Assembly (NCBI GenBank): GCA_965202585.1
Contig: OZ241832.1
Coordinates: forward strand, 18,662,001-18,726,000
Direction: 5' to 3'
Length of the DNA stretch: 64,000 bases
From: Thalia democratica
Lineage: Eukaryota
Shown: positions 35,951 through 47,410 of the stretch, piece by piece
How the letters are laid out: the number at the start of each line of letters is the position of its first letter
Numbering within the stretch: the stretch's first letter is position 1
Position numbers and translations under genes: made by a program
Notes under the pieces: generated by a model
What the model was told of the DNA's origin: nothing
Database searches by the model: none
What the model saw: the letters and a program-made list of their open reading frames with translations, nothing else

Positions 35951-38700
35951 TAATCTTTATAAGATGTTAAGATTGTTGTTAGTCGCTTGTTTTTTTATTT
36001 TTTTATGTTGTTTTTAACATTTATATGTTTGCTTATCTTAGTAAATTACTAAATAATTTTATATAATTATGTAGTTATAAACTATTAACTAATCTCCTAT
36101 TAATTATGCTTAATTGTGCTAATTAGTATTAGTTTAACATTTTCTGTTTATTTACTTAAAATTTAATTTTAAAACTTTATCTAAAGTTTTTTTTGCAATT
36201 TCAAACAGTACCAGTCATTAGATATTTAAGGGTTTTCTTAGATTTGAAATTCAAGTTATTCTTTTTAGTACTGTTGCTTTTTTTTTTGTTAGTTATAGAT
36301 AACAACATTGTTAAGTTGACTGACTTTTTTGTATTCACATTTAGTATAATTCTTCTCTTTAAAATTTTGTCAATTTTTGTTTTATATCAAATGCTTATCT
36401 ATATTAAATAAAATTACAGAAAAATATTTGTTAACTATGTTTCTAAATAGTTAAAATACGCATTGTTTTATTTATTAGATAATTTTTACTCATATGTTTT
36501 AACTGGAGGTAAGTAAACTAACCTATCATTTAACCTAATACTAGTCTGAAAATCAACAATTTAAATTTTTAAACTTGAGATTTAGTATAAATAAAAAAAT
36601 AACCCAATAACGTATTTTAGTTTATTGCTAAAAATACAATTACAAACAAACTGAAAATGCATTGTTAAGCTAAAATATTGGTTTTTAAAATTATAAATCA
36701 GCTAATAACCTAGTTCCTTCGACTGATAAAGGAAAACTATTAAGTATGTTAAATAAAAATAAGTTTAAACAATACAAAATATTAGTGTTTTTCTGTTTTA
36801 GAACTACCAAGTAAAGTTAAAGTGTACATATCTTCCTTTAGCTCAAAATGATTTATTAAAAGTATTGTAAAATGAAAATGTTTTTTTAATACTTATGTAT
36901 ACCAAATTTACTTTGTTTATTATTATCAAAGTTTTATCGTTTTTATTTCTACAAATTACTTATCTGACAATTAATTATGTCATTAATGACAAAAAATAAT
37001 TTAGAATGAAGTTTATTTAATGTAAGTTAAAAAAATCTTAGTTTTCTTTTTTGACAAATAATGTTGCTTTTTTTTATATGTTCCTTAAATAAATTTTTAG
37101 TATTACACATGTTTAAGCACACTAAAAACTTTAGATTCAATAATATATTTATGCAACATAAAAAAAAAACTTCATGGATCTTTTTAAAAGTTTTTTTTTC
37201 TTTTCCTCAATATTTACTGGAATATTATAGACTTAAATTTAAAGTAAAATAAAAATTCAATTAAGATAAAATTTTAGTAAAACGTTGAAAACATTTAAAA
37301 ACTTGTTGTTAACTTACTTACAAACTGAAGTACTTAAAAATACATATTCAACTAAATTTTCTGTATGGAAATTACGATATTTGTTGTTAAAACTTTAAAC
37401 CTTTCTAATGTTAACTTTTATGACTATTTTTTCAGAAACAAACGTTTTTAAAATTTTTGGTTTATAATAATACTTGCGTACAACAAAAGATTTCAAGTTA
37501 TCATACGTTTATATTATTTAAGTGTTAAAGATCTTAGGCAAGTTTAGTCCGACCGATACAGTGATTCAAAATGCCTAATGAGAACAAAATATGGGCAAAT
37601 AAATTCATAAGGACTGTTTTTGATGTTCCAGCAGTTTATTTTATGGGTTTTACTTTTTTACTACTAAACAATAATAGGTTTATTTTATCAAAAATTTATT
37701 TAAATGTCAACATCCAAGCATTAACTGTATAATAATAATTAAGAAAATATTGAAGGTTAAAAAATTTAAGTAAACAAAATTCTATATAAAAAAACTTTAG
37801 AGACAATTCTTTAATGACTTTCAAATTAAAATAACGTTTTAAAACAGGAAACATTTTCAAATAGAAAACTAGTTTAATTTTTCTTGCATACTTTTTTTTA
37901 GATTTTAAAATCATAAGTTAATTTAACATGAATTATGCCGTACAGAAAACCTATTTATATGCATAAAAAACCTTAAAAGAATTAAGAAAACTATTAAGCT
38001 GAGAGTATTCAACTACCTGATCAACCAGTACATGTTTATATGTATACAAAAGTTTGATTGTTGCTCATATTAAGATAAACATTGAAAACACTTTTAAAAG
38101 TCAAACATAAAACAATGCGTATATGAGTTTTTAGTTGCTTATATTCAGAAAAAATTTGTTAACTTAAGGTGAGTTAAATAAAACGTAATCTTTTACACCC
38201 TAAGTAACTTTCACCTTCTTTTAAAGACACATATCTTTAATTTCACTACAATTAACTACCAGTTTTCAATTTTTTCAATGACTCCATTTCGAAACGGTCG
38301 TATTTTGTAAGCATTTCCTAGTTTAAAATAAAACAATACTAGTGGCTGTTTAAAATAAGTCAGAAATGTTTCACATAAAACAAATTTGACCCTATAGGCT
38401 ATTAAATATCTTACAGGTTCTCTAATGTTAGATTTTTAATAAAAACATTAATTGTAAGTATAGATTATCTTGCTTGGGTTGTGGTTGAGGGATTTATCTA
38501 CAGATTACCATAATGTTTTTTACATAATTTTCTCAGCTGCGTTCGCAAGTTTGTTCTTACTTGGTTTTTTATTATAGTTATTTATAATCTACATAAATAC
38601 TATGGATGTTATATATTTTAAATTAAAATAAAAACTTAGCTTAAGTATTATATTATTAATACTTTTTATCAAATGGTTAGCTTGTTAAATTACCTAAAGG

Positions 38701-39219
38701 CGGGTAGCTGTCTAAATTTCACGAGCCTACAAAAGTGCACGAAAGGACAAAATTGCACGGAGACATTTTTGCACGGGTTAATTTCTTTTTTATATTGATT
38801 GCTATTTTTTTATTAATTTTATGAATTTTTTTTTATAATTGGTTTTTATCATCACTGTTACCCCCAACCCTTACCCTCAGTCGTAGCTTTTTTTTCCTAT
38901 TATTTTTTTTTTTAATCATTGACTTTATTAATCATTTTTTACTTTTATTTTTTTCTATCACTGTTGTCCCTAATTCTACCCTCGGTCAGTAACTTTTTTT
39001 TTATTAAATAATTGTTATATATTTTTTACTTTTTTTTTATTTTTCTTTATTTTCAACTCTCCTGCAAAAATGTATCTTGTGTAAAATTGACCCTTGGTGC
39101 AAAATCAACTTCGTGCATTTTTGCATTTTTTGCCCTCGTGCAAGTTTGGCTTCGTGCAAATTTGGCTTTGTGCAATTTTGTGCACTCGTGCAAATTTGGC
39201 TTTGTGGAGTTCATACCCG
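38701..39219. mobile_element. MITE-like element with short inverted termini and arrays of inverted subterminal repeats
   Basis: CGGGTA...TACCCG termini. (A)AAWTTGCACG-like repeats occur at the left end and CGTGCAA(A)TTT-like repeats at the right end. No TSD was recognised. Confidence 0.6.
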
Positions 39220-39426
39220 TTCCCCCTCAAGGCATTAAAAGTATTAAAATAATTTTAGTAGTTAAACATAAATTTTTGCTTTAGTGTATAATAACTCATT
39301 TTATTTTATTAAAAAACATTGTTACTCATATTTTATTAACACAGTAGCAAATCAACGCAACATTAGTACTGCTTATAACATTAAATACTGAACTTGCTGA
39401 TTACAAGTTATATTTCAGTTTTATTA

Positions 39427-40295
39427 TCACCAAAATCTTGGGTTCTGTCTGCAACAGGGACAAGTTATAGAAATTGACAACCATTTTTTAATGCATTTTT
39501 TGCAAAATAAATGTCCACATTTCAGCTTTGTAACATTATTTCCATTTTTAAACTTTTCTAAACACACAGCACAATCCTTTTCTTCTTTTGAAGTTTCCTC
39601 ATATACAAAACTAGTTTGCTGTTTTAAAACGCACTGATAGAAATAACTATTTGTAAACTTAAATTGTTTGTTTTTTAAAGTGTTTCTGCAGACTCTTAAA
39701 TCATCGCAGTGTTTCATGATTTTATAATTATTAAAAGTATCAACTAACTGTTTTACTGCTGGTTTTAATTTGTTTAATTCACTAGAGTCTACACAATCCT
39801 TTTTTAATTTTCACTTAGTTTATCCATATTCTTTTTAAATTTTCCATAGTCTTCTTCATATTCAATAGTAAATAAAAAATCAACTCTAGCATTTGTACCA
39901 AAATTATCAAGTTTTTTGACGAACTTGTTTATTTTATGTCTATCTAAAATTTCGTAATTTTCTTTATGATTAAAAAAAAAATCAAATTTTTCTTTTAAAT
40001 CCGTTTTATCTTCTGAAAAAAGCAACAAGCAAGCTTCTTTGAAAACTATAAATTTTGAATATTTCTCACAAAAACTTTTATAATTTTTCATGTATTTATC
40101 AAACTCAGCCTTCAAAACAATTTCAGTGTCATCAACATTGTAAAAAATATAATAGGCCAGTGAGTTTAATAAATCAAAGTGATTATGGGAAAGTATGTTG
40201 ATTTTGTATTCAAAAGACTTAACAGTCCTTTCTATTTTTTCAAAAACATTTTTGATATCATTGAGTTCTGTAGTTTCTTTAGTGTTCATTCTCAT
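39427..40295 (-). pseudogene. Intronless RING-finger gene 1, split by a single apparent 1-bp deletion
   Basis: ORFs 39804..40295 and 39427..39717 join into a 289-aa paralog of 41193..42041 if one base is added to the T-run at 39808-39811. The RING CAVC...CGHLFCKKC...CPCC is intact. Confidence 0.78.
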
Positions 40296-40323
40296 TTTTT
40301 GTTACTAAACTTTATCAACTTAG

Positions 40324-40331
40324 TATTTATA
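40324..40331 (-). promoter_or_regulatory. Candidate TATA box of RING gene 1
   Basis: TATAAATA about 30 bp upstream of the ATG. The 13-mer AGTATTTATATCA (+ strand) is shared with the RING gene 2 upstream region. Confidence 0.5.
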
Positions 40332-40769
40332 TCAAACTTGTAAATCAGTTGAACACTTACGTTTAGTTTTTTTAAGACTAAGTAATTACAAATAAATCCT
40401 AAGATTATATTACAAGTACCAAAAGTATCTACTAAAATATGATTTTTCTCGTTGTAGTTTCTTTTGAAGAACTATCGATTATAAAAACTGAATACCAGAG
40501 CCTTTTGTTATACTCATACGAATTTATTTGAATTTTATTCTAAAGTAAAAACTGCTACGGTAGCTTTACTATAACACAATAAAAAATCTGTTGAACTTTA
40601 GCACTACTTTAACAAAATCATACTCAACGATGAACAAAATTTTGCAAAGTTCAAGTAATATTTTAAATATTTTTGTATCAATTAATAATTTGTTTAAGTA
40701 CTAAAGGCATTAAAAGTTTGAATAATTTGAAAATCCTTGTATTAGTTATAAAGTTTAACATAATTTTGC

Positions 40770-40990
40770 TTGACTCTATAATAAAAACAGGAGGGGATAC
40801 TTGAGCTTTTATAAACCTTTTTAAAGAGATACACATTACAAATTCATAGTATGTTTCATGTCGACGATTCGACTTTTCAGTCATGATTAAAAACAAAAAC
40901 TGATTGTTAAACACTAATTTTTAATTGCCTTGCATAGTGTTTTTAGTGATAATGACTTAGGAAAAGTCGAAACGGCGTCTAAATGAAATA
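40770..40990. mobile_element. Back-to-back degenerate fragments of a Penelope 3' region with decayed hammerhead cores
   Basis: Minus strand GACTGA..AAAGTCGAATCGTCG...AAAAGCTCAAGTATCCCCTCCTGTTTTT matches the 54270-54420 region. Plus strand GATAATGACTTAGGAAAAGTCGAAACGGCGTC lies at about 40948-40979. Confidence 0.6.
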
Positions 40991-41192
40991 ACTTATGAGT
41001 TTACATTGTGCATCTATTTAAAATGGTTTTTAAATATATAACAACTCATTTTCTTTAATTAGACACAATGTTACTGTAACTTTATTTTAAGAAAATGTTT
41101 AGTCTACCCAACTTTAGTAACATTAACCGTAATTGTATCTTATAGTGATTAAAAACTTGATAAAAGCAACTTATATGTCAGTTTTATTATCA

Positions 41193-42041
41193 TCAAAATT
41201 CTAGGTTTTGTCTGCAACAGGGACAAGTTATAGAATTTGACAACCATTTTTCAATACATTCACTGCAAAATGAATGTCCACATTTCAGCTTTGTAACATT
41301 AGTTCCATTTTTAAACTCTTCTAAGCACACAGCGCAATCCTTTGCTTGATTAGGAGTTTCCTCATAAACAAAACTGGTTTGCTGTTTTAATACGCATTTG
41401 TATAGATACTTATTTGTGTACTTGAGATGCTTTTTATTTATAATACTCCCACAAACAATTAACTTATCGAGGTGCTTCTTAGGTCTATAGGTTGTAGAAA
41501 ACTCAAACAAACTATGCACTATTGGTTCTAACCCTTTAGAGTCAACATAATCATTTTTTAGTCTTTCTTTTAGTTTTTCCAAGTCGTTCTTAACTTTTTT
41601 AAAGTCTTGGTTTTGCTCAATAGTAAATGAAAATTTAACTTTAACATATCTACCAAATTTGTTAATAATTTCAGCGAATTTATTCATACTATGTCTATCT
41701 ATAAATGTCCCGTTTTCTTCGTAATTGCAAACAAACTCTATGTTTTCATTTAAATTTTCTTCACCTTCTTTAAACAAATTTAAAGAAAACTTTTTAAAGA
41801 CTAAAATTTTAGTATATTTTTCGCAGAAACATTTAAACTTTTTCATATACTTTTCATACTTCAACTCTAAAGTTGTAGTGTCTTCAACATTATTATAAAT
41901 ATAATATATCAGTGAATTTAAAAAATCAAAATTGTCGTAGAAAACATTTTTGATGGTCCTTTCAAACAATTTTATCGCTTTTAATAGACGTTTTGAAGCA
42001 CGTCTAACTTTTTTCAGTTCTTTAGTTTCGATTTTATTCAT
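41193..42041 (-). CDS. Intronless 282-aa protein with a Lys/Glu/Phe-rich N-terminal region and a C-terminal RING finger (putative E3 ligase), RING gene 2
   Basis: CAVCLEEFKNGTNVTKLKCGHSFCSECIEKWLSNSITCPCCR provides eight Zn ligands (C3HC4). The ORF is uninterrupted and AATAAA follows the stop within a few bases. Confidence 0.88.
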   Translation of the reverse strand: MNKIETKELKKVRRASKRLLKAIKLFERTIKNVFYDNFDFLNSLIYYIYNNVEDTTTLELKYEKYMKKFKCFCEKYTKILVFKKFSLNLFKEGEENLNENIEFVCNYEENGTFIDRHSMNKFAEIINKFGRYVKVKFSFTIEQNQDFKKVKNDLEKLKERLKNDYVDSKGLEPIVHSLFEFSTTYRPKKHLDKLIVCGSIINKKHLKYTNKYLYKCVLKQQTSFVYEETPNQAKDCAVCLEEFKNGTNVTKLKCGHSFCSECIEKWLSNSITCPCCRQNLEF

Positions 42042-42075
42042 TTTATGATCTACTATTAAACTTTTGCGAATAAAG

Positions 42076-42083
42076 TATTTATA
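42076..42083 (-). promoter_or_regulatory. Candidate TATA box of RING gene 2
   Basis: TATAAATA about 35 bp upstream of the ATG at 42041, in a context conserved with the RING gene 1 site. Confidence 0.5.
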
Positions 42084-43846
42084 TCATTTTGCTTATAATT
42101 GCAAAACTACGTTTAAAGATAAAAAACTTAGGACTTTGTTTAAGTCCAAAGAATATTACCAGATATCAGAAAAAAAAGGCTATTCTTATCAAGTTTTGTA
42201 TCTAAGCAGTTTTGATGTTACATACAAATTGTAAAATAATTAGAAACACAAAACAAAGTACATAAAATTTTAAGCTTTACTTAAACTAATTAAAGAATTT
42301 TCAAACGACTAGTTAATAGTTTTATAAAATTAAGCTTTATTATATTACAACAACATTAGTTTTAATATTTTTTAAGTTAAAAGGAACTACAAGTATCATA
42401 TAAATTAATTTGTATTTTTAAGTATTCTTCTCTTTTCAGGTTAGCTAAAACTTATTTGATTTAAAATAAGATTAGATGAAATTTTATTTCTATTGTTTTT
42501 CATTAAATTCTAACTATTAAGCAGTCTTAAAATTATTAATTTTTAAATCTGTTTTATACAGAATTAACGAAGTTTCGTAAACTAATCTAACATCTAATGC
42601 AATACTTATGTTTTATATTTTATATTTTAGACTAAACAAGATTTTAGAACAATAGTATTCAAAAAAAAAAATTACATAGTTTATAATTTAAACGATAATT
42701 ACAAGCTTAACTAGTACATTGTACACTACAATGTAAAGTGATTTGAAAACTAATTAAAAGCTAGAATATCATACATTTAATAGTGTTACTCGTTTAACTA
42801 TCAATTAAAGATCACTTAGTAAACAACTTTAAAAAATTGTTTGTATTGTTAAAATTTTAACAATAAAAAGCTTTCATCTGTTTTATATCTACAAAACTCA
42901 CTTATAATATTAAATCATCCAAGGTTTTTTTAATTAAAAACTGTTGTCAAAATTTCCTAGTACAGTTATCTTTATATTTTCGTTATATATGTTTGACATG
43001 TTTACTTTTTTCATATAACATTTATCTTTTATCGGACTTTGTTGTTACAAAATCTAAATGTATAAACATAATGTAATTTTGAACTGAAGTTTAATTTGTA
43101 TAACTTTTAAAAAATTTGTTCTTCTTTTTATTAAGTAATTCTCTACATATTCTATAAATTTTTTTTTTGTTTGATACGAATTTTGTGCCACATAAGCTTA
43201 TGCAAACTTTATTTATTTTATTTATTACTAGTTTTAGATAGTTATTCAAAATCATCTTTAAGAAAAATTATTATAAAATTTGTAAATACCAAATAAAACT
43301 ACTAAAAATACACAAAACTCATTATTTTTTTTCAAATAAACTAGTTTGATAGTGTTAATTAACCTGACTAAACCATTTTATTTCTCAATATGGAAAAGTT
43401 ATTACGGCGATTGGTTTTAATTTTAATAACTAGTTGAAAATCTAGGTAAGTAAAGTTAAATCTTTAAATTAACATTGATTAAAATTTAATTTTCTAAACA
43501 GTCACTGTCGTTGTATAATATAAAATTTTTCAACAATAGAAAAGTTTTTTTAATATCTTCTAAAGTAATTGCAAGTTTTTGAAACTATAATGTTCAATGA
43601 GTAATAAGAAAATATACTATTTTAACTATAAAAAACACTATTTGCACGTAAAAACTTTATTAGCATAAGTGCACCTTGGTTTAAAATTTACAGAAAAAAT
43701 TAAGAATGTAAGTTAATAATAATATAGAGTACTGTGGTAAATTTCGTAACGGGATTGACCAATGAGAAAGAAATAACTTTTTCTTTTTTAACAACTATAA
43801 ACAATGAACTTCACCGCAAGATCTACAACAACAGCTTCTGAGACAA

Positions 43847-43889
43847 TCCTACGACCGGTTTCGTCCTAATTAGGACTCATCAGGCAGGA
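43847..43889 (-). ncRNA. Type I hammerhead ribozyme with a canonical core
   Basis: TCCTGC-CTGATGA-GTCC TAATTA GGAC-GAAA-CCG-GTC-GTAGGA. Stem I has 6 bp with one G.U pair, stem II has 4 bp, stem III is the palindrome ACCGGT, and the cleavage triplet is GUC. Confidence 0.9.
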
Positions 43890-44174
43890 ATAGTCGTGAG
43901 AAACCACTGTTGTGATCTTAACCAAGCGGGCCTAAGTACAATATACTAAAGCGACCGTTTGTGGATGAAGTTGAAAAAGCTGACACAGCTTAATCATTCA
44001 CAGCCCAACGTCTTAGACATTGTCAACTTATTGTGAGATTACAGTCTGTGCTCGTTTGATTAGTTTTAGCCAGTTTTTTTTTTGGCCATCATCAACAAAG
44101 TTGAGATTTTTTATGCCAGCGATAATAAACAATAAACTTCACCGCAAGATCTACAACAACAGCATCCGAGACAA

Positions 44175-44217
44175 TCCTACGACCGGTTTTGTCCTAATTA
44201 GGACTCATCAGGCAGTA
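44175..44217 (-). ncRNA. Type I hammerhead ribozyme, mutated copy
   Basis: Same layout as 43847-43889, but GAAA reads AAAA (position 44190) and stem I has one extra mismatch. Confidence 0.72.
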
Positions 44218-46809
44218 ATAGTCGTGAGAAACCACTGTTGTGATCTTTACCAAGCGGGCTTAAGTACAAAGTACTGAAGTTACCGTTCGTGGGTAAAGTT
44301 GAAAAAGCTTAATCATTCACAGCCCATAACTAAACATAGCCGTAAACAAGGGATCGGAAAATTGCGGACAACATCATACTATTAAGTATAAATTCACAGC
44401 TCTTGAGAATGTTATTATATAAATAGTATGAGGCCCGCGAATATGTAAACTGAAGTTACAATTAACATTCTGAATTTTATTGTAAAAAACAATACTTAAC
44501 ATTAATTGTAAAAAGTTTTAATTTACAACTTACATAAGATTTGAAAATAAAAGGTGACTTTTCGACTAAAAATGCTCGCGAATATTTTTAATTTTAACCA
44601 AAGTTACAAAATTCCTGCTGACCCCTAAAATTTCAAACATTTAACTAATTTTTAGTCATTGATTTTAGTTACTAAATGCTTTTTTTGTATTATAATTACA
44701 CTTTGCTACCTTAAAAGTAGTAGAGTTGCCGCTGAATTAACATGTAACTTTTATTATCGATTTGTTTTCATTCGCAAGTTAACTTTTATTTTACCTCAGA
44801 TTTATCTCAAGTTTATCGTAAATATATGTAAAAATACTTATATGTATTGTTAATCTTGAACTGTATGTTTTTATTAAAATGCTACTATAATGTATATTCG
44901 AAAATATATAATTTAAAAACTATCTAAAACAGAGGACTGTCTAGAATTTTTTCAGTAGGGTTACGCAACTTTTTTGTTCAATAAAAGAGTGTTATGGTGG
45001 TCGCTTTTATTAACACTTTAGAAAATTACAAAAATATCAAAAAAATTTAGGTACATAACATGTTTTAACTTTAAACATTTCAAAATACCACTGAATCAGA
45101 ATGCAAAATCATGATAAGTAATTCTGTTCTATAATTTCTATTAAATTGATTTAAATGTAAACCTAAGTCTTGCTTTATTTACAATGTTAAATTTTTACTT
45201 TACATGGAGAAACTAATATTTAAAAAATAAGAAACTAAAAATAAGTCATTAATTAAAACTAGTAATAAAGATGTCTTAATATTCAAGAAATGTATTCAAT
45301 GGTATGTAAATAAATTACTTGAAAAAAAGTCCCGGATAAATTAATTTAGATAAAAAAAATTAACAAAAATAATGTTTTTTTAAACAAGCTTATAAATGGT
45401 GTAAACAGTTATTTTGTAATTTAATTAAGAAACATGAAACTATAGTTTATCTAACATTGTAAAAAAAAACATTATCCAACTATTTTAAAAATTTTAAAAG
45501 TTAAAATGAAACCCTTCGTGTTGTAAAATTGTTCAAAAAGTGTTTTTTTAAAACACTTGGATGACTGATTTTGATAAAAATAAATTATTTTTAAAGCGTA
45601 AAACTTTTATATTTACACAATTTCTTTATGGATTATATATTTTTTTCTTCAATATTTTATATAATACACGTAGTTTTTGACGTAGTTCTTTAAAGAATAC
45701 GAATAAACTAAACTTGATATAAAAAAATAATATAAAGATATTATATAATATAAATATATATATATATATATACAAATATTATTAATATTTATTAATAGTT
45801 GCCTCAAACGTGCTTATTCTTATTTTGTTGAAGCCTGAAGAGATTGACTATCTGTCTTTCGAAACAGCTGTTGTTAAACAAAATAAACTTTAGCACTCTA
45901 TTTGTATTTGTATATACAAATACTATAAAAATTGTATAAAGATATTAGTTTTTAGTAAAATATATTTTTTGAAAAAAATGTATTAAATCGCTTTTTTATT
46001 GCATTTATTCCAGTTTTTTCAGGGATCGCACATGAAACCAGTCAATACACGCCTCTAATCTAAAGTATTGGTTACTGTTGACATTAAAAATTAATTGTTT
46101 TTTAGAATTTTTTAAACTAACTTGTACTTAAAATTGACAAAAACACAATTTTAAAAGCAGAAAGTTTCTTTTGAGCAAGTGCATAATTAAATATAAGATA
46201 TTTACAAAACATTTTATTTTCAAAATTTATTTACTAGTATTAAATATCCTTTAACTATATCAGTTATTTGATTGGAAAAATACCTAGATAAATTTGTACT
46301 AATATAGTGTATCATAAGTATTATAGTCTATAAAGTATAAAAAGTAATAATGAAAAAAAATGCATTTTTTACACAGCATTTGTCGTGTAAAAAGTGCGTA
46401 CCACACCGGCACTTCGTACCTAGTAAGTGCGAACCTAATTGGCAGGTTACTGTATCAAACTTTAGATATGTATTATTACTAAGATTACATTAAATAAATA
46501 TAATTTGCATAAAGTAAAAAAAAAGATCAGCTGCACAATTTTCTAAATAGATTATGTAGTAGATTTCTAAAATATAAACGCATAAAAGTTTTGCAATTAA
46601 AATATAAAATATAACTTATGTAAAATAGTATAACTTTTACTCATAGCTACCTATAGTCTGTTGCTACTCATTAAAATTTGTTTACTTTTAACTTAAAATA
46701 GCGATTCAATTACTCACTTAAATAGTAAACTTGTACAATTTTAACACTATTTACAGAACCAAAATAAATAAAAAATCATGTAACACAAAACTTATTTGTT
46801 CTTTATATT

Positions 46810-47410
46810 TTATAGAAATTCTGGGTTCTGTTTGCAACAGGGACAAGTTATAAAATTTGACAACCATTTTTCAATGCATTCACTGCAATATAAATGTCCA
46901 CATTTCAGCTTTGTAACATTATTTCCATTTTTGAATTCTTCTAAACATACAGCACAATCATTTGCTTGATTTTCAGATCCCTCATAAACAAAATTGGTTA
47001 GTTGTTTTAATACGCATTTGTATAAATAGTTTTTTGTATACTTTAAACTTTTGTCATTTTAAGTGTTTCCACAGGCTCTTAATTCAGTGTAGTAATCCAT
47101 AATTTTGTAACTAAGAAAGCAATTAATTATTTTTTTTGCTATTTTTTTTAATTCATGTAATTCAGAAGAGTCTACATTTTCCTGATTTATTTTCTCATTT
47201 AGTGAATTAGCATCATTTTTTATTTTTTCAAAGTCCTTGTTGGCTACAATAGTAAAATTATATCTAATTGTTACACTTCTACCATACTTGCTTAATATTT
47301 CTACAATTTTGTTTATTTTTTGTCTATTTATAATTTCACTATTTTCTTCATAATTAAAAATAAGCTCTATGTCTTCATTCAAATCTGTGTTATCTTCTTG
47401 TGAAAGAAAT
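46810..47410 (-). pseudogene. RING-finger gene 3, pseudogene
   Basis: ORF 47059..47382 ends at an in-frame TAA. The same frame continues to CAVCLEEFKNGNNVTKLKCGHLYCSECIEKWLSNFITCPCCKQ with a stop at 46810-46812. The N-terminus is not recoverable. Confidence 0.82.

Larger units (their letters stand above)
43797..44326 (-). mobile_element. Retrozyme-like non-coding unit: about 1.6 tandem copies with a 328-bp period, each with a hammerhead
   Basis: Direct repeats at 43797-44007 and 44125-44326. Both carry a hammerhead on the minus strand, and no RT ORF is adjacent. Confidence 0.75.

Noticed and set aside
38860-38990. Telomere-like CCCTAA/ACCC motifs
   Set aside because: These are isolated imperfect boxes inside a MITE, not a tandem telomeric array.
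39012-39284. 90-aa Phe/Cys-rich ORF
   Set aside because: It is produced by the subterminal repeats and T-runs of the MITE.
44020-44277. 85-aa ORF over the retrozyme-like repeat
   Set aside because: It starts at TTG, lies antisense to the hammerhead, is not preserved as an ORF in the other repeat copy, and has no protein motif.
45750-45775. (TA)n tract
   Set aside because: An ordinary short microsatellite.
47059-47061. Programmed read-through or selenocysteine at in-frame stops (RING gene 3, transposase remnant)
   Set aside because: The stops are TAA and the loci carry other damage, so ordinary nonsense mutation is the simpler explanation.
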